A DNA stretch of 63,326 bases, the filler included, from Octopus bimaculoides (taxonomy: Eukaryota), in the NCBI RefSeq assembly GCF_001194135.2. It is 9 parts of 7 records of this genome, joined end to end, with 100 filler letters (N's around TTAATTAATTAA, not from the genome) between each part and the next. Parts side by side here need not be neighbours in the genome. Positions count along the whole stretch, not along the records: positions 48,183 to 53,956 come from NC_068985.1; positions 54,057 to 63,326 come from NC_068987.1; 7 more parts are not named here. One strand, given 5' to 3'. The notes below the pieces were generated by a model. The model was not told the origin of the DNA and did not search any database. It saw only the letters and a list, made by a program, of their open reading frames with translations. The position numbers and the translations under genes are program-made. Every line of letters starts with the position of its first letter. Position 1 is the first letter of the stretch. Below are positions 50,790 to 61,968 of this stretch, in pieces.

Positions 50790-51390
50790 AACACCAGTTG
50801 GTCCTTTATCAGTTTACACTGTCATTTCCTCGATGTCATAACTGATTTCTCACAGGTACTCAATTGTGAGATTGTTTGCTGCTTGCTCTAGTTGAGGCAA
50901 CCAATAGTGGCAATACCTTGACCTCCCATAGCTTGCACTCAGGTATCTAGGTCAAATAATGCCTCATTGTAAATGGCATTATTGAATGTGGCAATTTCCG
51001 CTGAGGTTTACCTTTGAATCTTTTGTAGAGTGTCCTCTGCCATGCTGGTTTTGTGGGTCACCCAAAGCTTGAGAGGTTCACCCAAGACACATGTCATCAG
51101 CATGACAGAAAATAGGTGGCACAGTTGACTTGGTGCTCTGCTGATTGCTGCCTCTTCCAGTGTCTGGTCCCCGTGAGCATCATCCTCCAGTATTCCATAT
51201 TTGGTGCAGGCTTCTCTGTAGGTCGTGCAAACTTCCCCATTGTGTCTTCTAAGGTCTGACAGTGTACAGCAGTTGATGCAGAAAGAAGCACACTTGCTGA
51301 TTAGGGTGCACAGTGTACACCTGCCTGATGGCCCCACTTCTGAAGACAGCATATTCTGAAATATACCTGCGCAACTTATATTGCTGAATT
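50790..51390 (-). mobile_element. Helitron Rep/helicase fragment in an intron, frameshifted
   Basis: RVYTVHPNQQVCFFL, TYREACTKYGILEDDAHGDQTLEEAAISRAPSQLCHLFSVML, IYNEALFDLD, QAMGGQG motifs. Confidence 0.88.
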
Positions 51391-51505
51391 TCATCTGCCT
51401 GCCTGATGAAAAAAGCGAACAATTTGTTTCGATTTATATATATATATATTTTGATATATAAACAATTCAGTTCCCTTATATAAACCTCATCAGATCCAAT
51501 GGTTT

Positions 51506-51653
51506 GAAGGTAGACGAAATTCTGTGTGATAAGACAGTTGGATTGTAAAAAAATTAATTCAAATGCTTATGTATTATGAGCTCACAATACATAGGCATTT
51601 GAATTAATTTTTTTACGATCCAGCTGTCCTTTCACACAGAATTTCGTAGCTTC
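51506..51653. repeat. Near-perfect ~140-bp palindrome (fold-back) centred on ATGAGCTCAC
   Basis: ACGAAATTCTGTGTGA..GACAG.TGGAT.GTAAAAAAATTAATTCAAATGC.TATGTATT pairs with its inverted copy ending ...CACACAGAATTTCGT. Confidence 0.85.
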
Positions 51654-51788
51654 TCTAAAGTGTTTGCATAATAACATGAAATCTCCATAATTGCCAAAGC
51701 ACAATCTCCATAATTGCCAAAACACTAAAATAAGATGAATGAAATGAAAAGAATTAAAGTATCTTCAATATTTCTTTTATTTTTGCAG

Positions 51789-51989
51789 ATGCTTTTGTGG
51801 ACAGCCACAAATAACGCCATTAAATTAATGCTGAAAAATGATAGAATTCTGGATACTTATCTGGCCAAAGATAAATCTCGAGTACTGAAATTGGCTGCCA
51901 AAGTGAACAAGAGAAGTGCATTTTTGAATAAAACTGAAATAGATGAAAAATTTTTGTCTGCAGTCAGTTCTGTTGATTCTGAATCAGAG
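51789..51989 (+). CDS. Internal exon (MLLWTATNNAIKLMLKNDRILDTYLAKDKSRVLKLAAKVNKRSAFLNKTEIDEKFLSAVSSVDSESE)
   Basis: Strong acceptor TTTTATTTTTGCAG|, donor GAG|GTGATT, 201 nt, phase 0-0, open frame. Confidence 0.8.
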
Positions 51990-52946
51990 GTGATTCTACT
52001 TTACTAATTTCAGACCAAAATTCTACTGGAAAGTATAACCTGCCTAAATTTTGAAAACTTGCTTTACATTAGAAGTCTAAAATAAATCTTAGAGCTTAAA
52101 ATAATTTAATACATATCTTGCAAATGAAAAAACAACACACACACACACACACACACACTTATAGATACAAGTTGCATTAAAAAACATATCTGACTTTATT
52201 TTTTCCCACCAAAACTAATTCTGGGCAAAATCCTTTTGCCACACCACTTCCAGTTCCTGGCTGTTACACCCAGAGTACAAATGTGTAGTGAGCAGTTGTC
52301 AGATTTTTGTTTTCATTGAACATGCCAAGCAGTGATATTGCATGAAGTTTTGCCAAAAGCTTAGTGAAACTCAACCGCAAACCATCCTGAAGTTTCAGCA
52401 GAGCTGTCACATTCCAGAGGTATTCATCATTCTAGGAGTTTTCCAGAGGTGTAACACTTGGAAAAGTGTGTTAACTCCTAAGAGGAGTATTTTTCCATTC
52501 ATACAATTCTTCTATCATCACCATGATGCTGGATAAATCTTTAAAAAGTTTTAAAACTATCTCTGTTTATTAAGCTTGGCAATTTGTCCACACACTTTCT
52601 ATCTTCAACAGTATCCCCATCTCAGGAGGCTCACACCTGTACTGTGAAAAACATTGTCCTGATTTACTTCCTCAAAAGGGTTAAATATAATCATCATTCT
52701 CTCTAGAATTAAATGTATCTCTTTTACATTTAATATTAATGAATCCAGAACTGAACGAAAGTCTCTCTTGTTTTACATCACTTAGAGTATTAATAAAAGT
52801 AAAATATGTACTGATAATAAAATTCACTGATCTATACGATTAAACCTTCTCTTCTGTGAAATAATATAAGAAAAAAAAGGAGGGTCAGAAGTTGCACCAA
52901 GTAAAAAATGTATTCATTCGTATTAATGACTTTTAATTTTTTTCAG

Positions 52947-52985
52947 GCCCAGACCATACTGGCAGAAGCAATGAAAAACATTGGG
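52947..52985 (+). CDS. Small internal exon (AQTILAEAMKNIG)
   Basis: Strong acceptor TTTTTTTCAG|, donor GGG|GTAAAT, 39 nt, phase 0-0. Confidence 0.7.
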
Positions 52986-53149
52986 GTAAATGTTTTTATA
53001 TTTACTTAGCTACACTGATAGAAACAACTGAGCATTGAGCTGATACTTTGCTGTTTAATTGTTGCCACAGTTGTTGTTGTTTAAGCCATGAACAGAGGCC
53101 TAGAAAGTGCTTTCCAATGAAAATGTGCCAATTTTATCTCTTTCAATAG

Positions 53150-53730
53150 CAATTAAACACAGACACTATCCACGTCAAGAATCTCACCTAGAGCTCTCCC
53201 AATTGTTCCAGTTGTTAGGTTTCGCTATCTCTAAGGACCTCTACTGGCAAAAGTACACACTTAACATAGCTAAGGTTGCATCCTTATGACTAGCCCTTCT
53301 CTTCAGGATTAGTTGACACAATTACTGACTCTCTGCAAAGTTCAGATTATATTGGAATATTGTCCTCACATCTGGGATGGCCCTGTTGCTGCATGCACAG
53401 ATATCCTTGACTGACAACATCCAGAAAAAGGCCACGTGACTAAGTAACATAATGACACTCACAAACGTGCTTCAGCCTCTCTCCCACAGATATATTACCT
53501 TTTTTCTTTGCCTTTTCTATTGCTATTATGTCTTCCGATTCTCAGAGATAATTGGGCTCATACCACCTCCCCTGTAATATTTCCAACCTGCTCATCTCTC
53601 CTCCTGTCATCATGCTTGTGTTCACCTAGGCCCTGCACTTACACACTACACTTAATCCTTCCTTCTTAAGATGTTGGCCCTTTGGAATTACCTCTATCCT
53701 GCTCATGTCTTTTCCACATTTGTTGACTTT
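53150..53730 (+). mobile_element. CR1/L2-group LINE 3' fragment (RT thumb region)
   Basis: LLGFAISKDLYWQKYTLNIAKVAS, ILEYCPHIWDG, IQKKAT, LQPLSHR, FYCYY motifs across frameshifts. Confidence 0.75.
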
Positions 53731-53800
53731 AAAGGTTCAAGAGAAATATTAATGGCATCATTCTCACCAGTCTGTGAAATACAAATGTCATTCAGCTGCC

Positions 53801-53956
53801 TGTGTATGGTTTTAGGTAAAGTTCTGTGTATGGTTTTAGGTAAAGTTCTGTGTATGGTTTTAGGTAAAGTTCTGTGTATGGTTTCAGGTAAAGTTCTGTG
53901 TATGGTTTTAGGTAAAGTTCTGTGTATGGTTTTAGGTAAAGTTCTGTGTATGGTTT
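53801..53956 (+). repeat. 24-bp tandem repeat (TGTGTATGGTTTTAGGTAAAGTTC), at least 6.5 copies
   Basis: Near-identical units running into a gap. Confidence 0.95.
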
Positions 53957-54999
53957 NNNNNNNNNNNNNNNNNNNNNNNNNNNNNNNNNNNNNNNNNNNN
54001 TTAATTAATTAANNNNNNNNNNNNNNNNNNNNNNNNNNNNNNNNNNNNNNNNNNNNCTACAACGTAGTATCATTCACAATCATGCGCAAATGATCTCTTC
54101 TACTGCTTTTGCTTTGACAAGTGAATATATATACTACATTCAATTTTTCTTTTCCAGTAATTAAACAGAACTTTGACGCACTCTACGGAAATATCTATCC
54201 CTTATTTCATATCAGCTAACTGAGATGAATGTTCCATATTCCTCATGTTTTTGTTTAAATCAAATTTCCATTAGCATAGTGGTGAAATGATGCTATAACA
54301 TTCATTAAACAACGAAAATATCGCGTGCTTGTGATCTCCTGTTTTTAATATTGGCGGATTTTCCAATTATGTTGGTAGAATTTTTTCTATTATTATGGTT
54401 GTATTATATGACAGTTTAGAGTTAAACGAATTGATTTCATGTGAAATTTATCAATAACTTCCTGCTTTACATACATGTTTGACTGAAGCCCCCAAAATGT
54501 CAAACTTCTTTTATTGAAGCAGTATAAATTGTCAAATTCTATCTCTCCTTCCACAGCCTAGAGGCGCATAATTATCTCCTGTTATTTCGATCTGCACTTC
54601 GTAAGGACCGCTTTTCATTTTTACTTACTAGCTGATATAAATCTCACCGAAATTTCAAACGTATTCCTTCAACCTGTTTAGAATATTATGTCCCCAAAAC
54701 ATCTGTTATTATATAAATATATACATATATAAATGTAAGATCCAGGGATCGGCATGTGGGAAGAAAGTTAGCTTCAAGCAATCCGTAGGAAATATATATT
54801 AAAAAAAACAACTTTCAGGATCAATATTTGTTTATTGAGACGGAAGGCTGTGAATATTTTTCGTATCGAAGAACGATAAGCTAAAAAGAGTTCTTTTTAT
54901 ATTCCATGATAGGCGACTAGGTTTGCCGGGTGTGCGAATAAGAATACAAGAGTTTCGGAATGGAGTGGAAAAGATCCATCAGGGCTACATATGTTTTAT

Positions 55000-55720
55000 A
55001 GCGTGTGGAACCTCTGAAGTGGTAAAAATTCAAGCGAGGTGTATGCTGCCGGCTAATCCTGAGGCCAAGGATACCTTGATAAAATTAAAAGTTACATTGA
55101 CACGAGGAGGATTTAATCAGAATGTCTAGAGAGTACAGTATGGGAGGAGAATATAAATGTAGGGAGAAATATGTATCAAAAGAAAGGAAGAAAAAATGTA
55201 TAAGAGACTGAGAAGAAGGAGGAGTTTAAGCAAGGTCAGTTGACCGGTAATAAGAAGTGTAGTTGTTTGGGCTGAATCACAGAATTTAGCAAAGGGAGTG
55301 GTATTTGAAGAAAGAATAATTTGGAGGGAAGAAAGTGGGAGATATTTATGGTCAAAGGGTAGAAAGAAAGTGTGTATGAATAAAGCAAGATAGAGTGAGG
55401 AATTTAAGCACTGTTATTTGACTGGTGGCATTCTAAGGGTTGTATCGGCCGAATCAAAAAAATAGCAGGGCAGTGGTATCAGAAAAAAGGGAAGGGCAGT
55501 GGTATCAGAGAAAATGGGCAGTAGTATAAAAAAAGGGAAGGGGATGGGGAAATGCTTTTGGTGAAGAGGGAGAAAAAACTATATGCATCAAGAAATTAAG
55601 ATAGGGAGGGGAAAATTATGGCGGCTAGTGTAGGTCTTTTCAATGGAGGAATGTATATCGTGTGTGGTGAGTTTGTTTAGAGTATGAAGTGGTGGAAGAG
55701 TATGTTGGCGCACGTACTTG
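55000..55720 (-). mobile_element. Highly degenerate Penelope-like RT fragment
   Basis: Minus-strand remnants in expected order: KRPTLAA (RPI-like), DHKY..NTTPFAKF, YYRSTDL (YxDD-like), YSLDILIKSS. Confidence 0.45.
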
Positions 55721-56580
55721 TAGATTTACGGAGGAAAGGGGTTGGAGGGGAAGGCCGTTGAAATAAAAAGAAAGAAATGATTTTACATGGTAAGGAAAAT
55801 AACAACTCTTTTACAGGAATTTTATCAAGAAGCCAGTGTGTGGCGTTGTTATTTTTCTGTAATAATGCCCTTTATATAAATATAAACGAATAATTATATT
55901 CTTGGGAATANNNNNNNNNNNNNNNNNNNNNNNNNNNNNNNNNNNNNNNNNNNNNNNNNNNNNNNNNNNNNNNNNNNNNNNNNNNNNNNNNNNNNNNNNN
56001 NNNNNNNNNNNNNNNNNNNNNNNNNNNNNNNNNNNNNNNNNNNNNNNNNNNNNNNNNNNNNNNNNNNNNNNNNNNNNNNNNNNNNNNNNNNNNNNNNNNN
56101 NNNNNNNNNNNNNNNNNNNNNNNNNNNNNNNNNNNNNNNNNNNNNNNNNNNNNNNNNNNNNNNNNNNNNNNNNNNNNNNNNNNNNNNNNNNNNNNNNNNN
56201 NNNNNNNNNNNNNNNNNNNNNNNNNNNNNNNNNNNNNNNNNNNNNNNNNNNNNNNNNNNNNNNNNNNNNNNNNNNNNNNNNNNNNNNNNNNNNNNNNNNN
56301 NNNNNNNNNNNNNNNNNNNNNNNNNNNNNNNNNNNNNNNNNNNNNNNNNNNNNNNNNNNNNNNNNNNNNNNNNNNNNNNNNNNNNNNNNNNNNNNNNNNN
56401 NNNNNNNNNNNNNNNNNNNNNNNNNNNNNNNNNNNNNNNNNNNNNNNNNNNNNNNNNNNNNNNNNNNNNNNNNNNNNNNNNNNNNNNNNNNNNNNNNNNN
56501 NNNNNNNNNNNNNNNNNNNNNNNNNNNNNNNNNNNNNNNNNNNNNNNNNNNNNNNNNNNNNNNNNNNNNNNNNNNNNNNN

Positions 56581-56635
<55 letters not shown>

Positions 56636-56999
56636 CTATATGTACATTCTGTCTCTGTAACTCATGTCGTGCAGTCGGTTCATCCGGTTTTGTGATAAGG
56701 AGATGGTCCATTTCCTTTTCGAAGACATCTATGTCAACATCGTGTAGTTTTAGTTTTCTTTCTTTTTGTGTATATATAAGTATATGTATTTACGTGTTTA
56801 TATATATATATATATATATATATATGCATGTATATATGTATATATACATACATGTACATATATATATATATATATATTCACACATACACATGTTTATACA
56901 AATAATGTAGATGTGTAAATTATATATATAAATTTGAGACTATTTATACAGACCCATATATATGAATTCATATATACATACATATACACTTACATGCAA

Positions 57000-57480
57000 T
57001 TTTTTAGTTGTTATTTCATATAACATCTTTAAATTCTTCTTAAACCTTTTTCTTAGCATGTCTTCATGTATGACGTTTAATACCAACTTTTGATGCCATC
57101 TCTTTGTCCTTCAAACCTGTTTATATTGCATCTATTTTATAGCATCATTGCTTTTCATGTGACTCTTGAAAACCGCTAGAAAAAGACAAATTCTCCGACT
57201 TCTTTGAAAATGATGCAATTGTTTGCAGCTATTGATGTTGTTGCATCTTTCCACTTACAAGTTGCTCTTTTGTATGACGCGTGCTAATTTTCCCCTTTCA
57301 AATGAAGCTACACTAACAATGATTGTATTTCACCAGTATGCTTTATCACTTTTTATGCTTATCTATAGAAATTATACATTTCTTCAGGTCAATTAAGAGG
57401 GATTTTGTGAAGCTGTTTTTCTGTTCCAATTTCTCAGAAAACAGTTGATTTGAAATCCTGCTAATAATTGTTCAAACAAG
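57000..57480 (-). mobile_element. Possible hAT (Tip100/TTF zinc finger-like) transposase remnant
   Basis: Scattered motifs KSDKAYW, WKDATTSI, FKSHMKSND in broken frames; weak. Confidence 0.25.
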
Positions 57481-57702
57481 ATGTCCACTCTACCTTAAAA
57501 CATTCCGAACGGCGATAAAAGCTTCAATCCTAGTCATTTGCGCTTTCTGTAGAACTTCATTATCGGATGTGTGTGCATGTGTATGTGTGTGTGTGAGAGA
57601 GAGAGAGTGAGAGGGAGGGAGGGAGGGAGCGAGATACAGACTGTGTGTGTATGTGTTTGTGTGAAAGACTGAGAGAGTGAGTGTGTGTGCGTGCTTGCGT
57701 GA

Positions 57703-58200
57703 TTATATCCCAAAAGTTGGGTGATATCGTTTCAACTTCTTAACTTGGTGTTTATGGATCATACAAGTTCTATAGGCATACAACAAGGCCGAGGGCATAC
57801 TAGGTTTGTAGAAAGGTATCTTTGTCCTTAATCTAATCCTGTGTTGCGACCAAAATTTGCTTTCCAGATTTCCAAAAGCTGTCGAAACCTTCATTCTATA
57901 TAAGGTCATCAAACTTGCATCAGCTGACAGCACACATCCTGGATAAGTAAAAACCTTTACCACTTCTTATTTTTTATCTCCTACTAATATCTTTGGTTAA
58001 ACATATGCTTCTCCAGGTGCAACCTGCAACATATATTTTGTTTTCTTCTAATTCATTTGCAAAAGGTTTGCATAACACTTCTGTACGCTTGCTAATCTAG
58101 TTTGAGATAACAGCTAAATCTATGTCAACCTACACACTAATTTCTTAAATAGAGAAATGATACATTAGATAATGTGGTTCAACATAAAAGGCCTGACTGG
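57703..58200 (-). mobile_element. RTE-clade (BovB-like) LINE fragment
   Basis: FTYPGCVLSADA...KVSTAFGNLESKFWSQHRIRLRTKIPFYK...ALLYAYRT. Confidence 0.8.
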
Positions 58201-59769
58201 TCATAGCTCTCACAATTCTTTTTGAACATAAGTGCGTAATATGATTGCCCTACTTAGAGACCCATCTCAACGCCCACAGCATATTTGAAGTAACAATTAT
58301 TGCGCAATTATCTCTTCGCCACATCTGTTTGGCACAATCAGTCTTTTGCCCGTTGGGAAACAGAGAAAGACAATTATAATTCTATAGATCAAGATAATTA
58401 ATTTCGAAACCAATATCGATTCATATAACGTTAAGTAATTGATAATATGACTTTATAATGTCTGTGAAATACGTCATTGATAGAATATGACGTACAAATA
58501 ATTGTGATAAAAGGTAATAATGCGCAGATGACAGCAATTAATCACAGTGCTCCCAAAGTTAGAAGTAATATATTAAAATGTGTTCATATCTGTCATCATC
58601 CGATGGTATTTAGGTAGTCGTGTGCAATATGTAAGCGCGTCAGTTTCATACATCTTCCGATCGAAGAAGAGTTAAGAATCATTCAGTCTCCTTGTAAGTT
58701 CGTGACTAAAATTTATTTCACGAGTAAAATTATTTGATACGATTATTTCATAAATGGGAAATTGTAAAATATGCAAGTTTCATTTTTCGGTAAGTATGCT
58801 TCTTTGGTTATTATAAAGCATCATTCTTTCTTGCTTTAGATAAGCGAAATCAACCGAATATCTGATATGACTTAATGATTCTGATATTTCATTTATGAAT
58901 GATTTTGTGCCAGTACCATATTCGTATCTTATAGAAAATTCTTCTCCATTCAAGGGACTTCTCGAAACCATTGCGTATTGTTATGATAATAAAACATTCA
59001 GAACTTCAATCTTTATTTTCATATACTAAATTTAATTGGTATATATCGTCGCTGTTACGTATTCAAGCCATCTTGTATTGAATTTGTCATTCATTTTTCT
59101 TGATAATAATAAATAATAACGGACACCTAGCGCTGAATTTCTACTCCAATTAGGAAAGTTGTCAGACTAAAACCATATCAAACAATTTGGCTGTAGATTT
59201 TCCAATCATAAGATTAAAGGAATCAAAGTTCAATTAGTGAACTTTCAGTAAACTTGTAATATTCCTTCTAATCTATAAAGCCCCATTACAATAATGATGT
59301 ATTACGAAATTTAACGAGAGATCAAATACTGATACGGGTTACTATAATGCACATCATTTTATTTATTTCACGAAATCGAAATACGTGTTATATTACTCAT
59401 AGTTAAAGCTATCAATTCTCTTACATTTCACCGTCTTGTAAAATGTTCCAAAAGGGATTGCGATTAACAAATATAAGGAGTCTGTGCATGCCACAATGTA
59501 TCACATTAAGTGTCAGGAACATGCTATAAATATTCACCCTTTCGTCCGGTTACAAAACATTCTAGTTCATGAAATCGAATTACATCCATTTGAATGACTT
59601 AAAAAAAATAATTAAGTTATCCAGTGATTTCAAAAAGTGCTTGGTAACAAATATGTTTATAACTTTGTTTTGAACAGGCCTATATCATTAGCACCAACAC
59701 AAACATAACATCCGTAGATCAATACACAATCATAGATTTCTAATTTAGATACAAGACCATACATTTTAA

Positions 59770-59870
59770 AGGAAAGAAAATCGAGTAAATCAATCCCACA
59801 ACTTACTTTATCGATCCCAGAGAAATGAAAAACAAAGCCGATATTGCCGAGATTTTAACTACGAACGTTA
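59770..59870 (-). mobile_element. Degenerate SINE fragment (GGCAGAATCGTTAGC family)
   Basis: CTTTATCGATCCCAGAGAAATGAAAAACAAAGCCGA...GCCGAGATTTTAACT resembles the reverse complement of the family core. Confidence 0.5.
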
Positions 59871-61296
59871 ATGGCAGAATTAGATACAACAAGGAGTAGT
59901 ATCCGAGGCATTACCCATTCTTCCATTCTCTGTACAACTAATCAATAGAGAGGCAAGTTTAATTATTTGCCAGTCACACGGTTCTATTGAATTTATTTGC
60001 AGTTTGTGTGTTCCTCAATGTGAAGCGGATAATAACACGTCTCACTAGGCAGGAATTACTAACTAACTCGATATATACTAAATGCGTAAATGTAGATCTT
60101 TATAACCTGCTTAGAAACACATTGAGATATACATTATATATAAACTCCTAATCCATAAGCTAGAAATCATTAATTTATCTACCGAAACTTCTCACGTACA
60201 AATTAAAATAATATTGAATGAAATTAAAAATAAGCATGAACCAAATTAAAATAAACACGCTATAACTCATTTTGCTTTCTCATTAAAGAATGTCATGGAA
60301 CCATTTTTCGATACCTTTATGTTATCTAGGCCTAGATAAAGATGGCTTTATCCAACGGATAACGAATAATAGTTTAATTTTGATTTGCAATAATAGTTGA
60401 ATGAATATCAAAATATGTTTTCTAAATTTATGGAAATCATCTGCATTGAAAACATAAAACAGTTATTCTGGCTGAAATTGAAGTTGCTTCAATGAAAATG
60501 CCTTGCTATTTTTGCTTAGTCAATCCACACGTTGAATGTAAAACATTTCACAGAGATTATTCAATGCGAATTGTGGGCATTTGCTTAACCTCTCAACAAG
60601 CGACTAAATATGCTTATGGTTTATCTTAATTTACTCATGGATGCTTTCGCGCTCTAGACGTGTTGCACAATGTTTGTATATTAACATTATATGCCGTTTT
60701 CTTCTTCAGCAGTAAAGATTACGGGTTTCTCATTTTTGTTTTTAGACTTCACGATTATCAAATTAGAAAACTTTTGATGTGGAATACAACAGGGAAAAGA
60801 ATTCTGATGGTTATACAGCATACATTCTCCAGATATTTTATTACTTACCCTAATTAAAATCAAGTCAAAGTTGACGAAAAATTTCTTGAAAAAAAAAAGT
60901 ACCTGTCATCTATGCTTCAAACTTTCGCAATTTCAATAATAACTACCTAAACTATCCTGACCAGCTAAAAGATGATGCAATGATAAAAAATAGGATTACA
61001 ATACTTGCAATGTTCTCGTTGAAAACTGGTAGGGAGAAAATAATAATTTCAAGTGTTTGACATAATGACTGAAAATATAGGAAACAATAAAAAAGAACAA
61101 AAGGTTTGATTTAATGAAAAACATTTGAGCATACAGGCAATAATTTTAAACCAGAAAAAAATTCTTCTAACTATTCAGAGATGTAATTTTATAATTAAGA
61201 TTGAGCTCAAAATTTATATTTTGGAAAATATTGTTTAATTATTTAATTCATAGAAAAATGACCAGTTTTCAACTGAAATAAAGTTTAGAAGTAACA

Positions 61297-61437
<141 letters not shown>

Positions 61438-61904
61438 CGTGTCTTTGTCCGTGTGCCTTCAACTGCAAGTGATCAAGCCAAGGCTATTGCTCAGTCATGC
61501 ATTGAAAGAAAGAATGTCACCTACAGATAATAACTTCTTTCTATCAATCTTATATATTTATATATATTTATACTTACACACGCACATACACACACACACA
61601 CAATCACAGATACATATATACATTTTCAGGGGTGTTCTGTTGCTTCCCTTTTCTCTGTCGTTCCAAAAGCAGCAACAATTCCCTCGGGTATTGCAGCTGC
61701 TTTGGAACTGGGTAGTTTTTAATTAGATTAATTGGTGTCTCTAAGTTGACAAAATTTGTGGTTATTTATAATAAAAGAGAATCCATTACACTTTTAAGAA
61801 GTCAGGATACCTTTTTATATTGAAATAGAACCTCTGCATGCCTGATTGCTGGGAGGTGAAGGCCCACTTATATTGAGTGCTACATACCCTTCAGAGCCGG
61901 GCCC

Positions 61905-61968
61905 ACCCCATATCTGACGATGGGCCTGGGGCAATTGTCCCCTTTGCCACCCTATGAATCCGGCCCTG
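61905..61968. mobile_element. GC-rich MITE terminus (hAT-like TIR CAGGGCCGGATT on the minus strand)
   Basis: GGGCCTGGGGCAATTGTCCCCTTTGCCACCC...AATCCGGCCCTG; the partner end was not identified. Confidence 0.4.

Noticed and set aside
51789-51989. Resemblance of MLLWTA and YLAK...VNKR to the AFG3L2 N-terminal region
   Set aside because: The expected transmembrane helix is absent and the similarity is limited to a few residues; no gene symbol assigned.
53801-53956. Interstitial telomeric repeat
   Set aside because: TTTTAGG occurs once per 24-bp unit; there is no tandem TTAGGG array.
19164-54012. Recurrent TTAATTAATTAA 12-mer, eight exact copies
   Set aside because: Always centred in ~100-bp N gaps and gives stops in all six frames; a scaffolding marker, not biology. 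Order and orientation across these gaps are less certain.
1591-56711. Long ORFs in the track containing X runs or poly-VC/YI/HT/LS
   Set aside because: They span N gaps or dinucleotide microsatellites and are not coding evidence.
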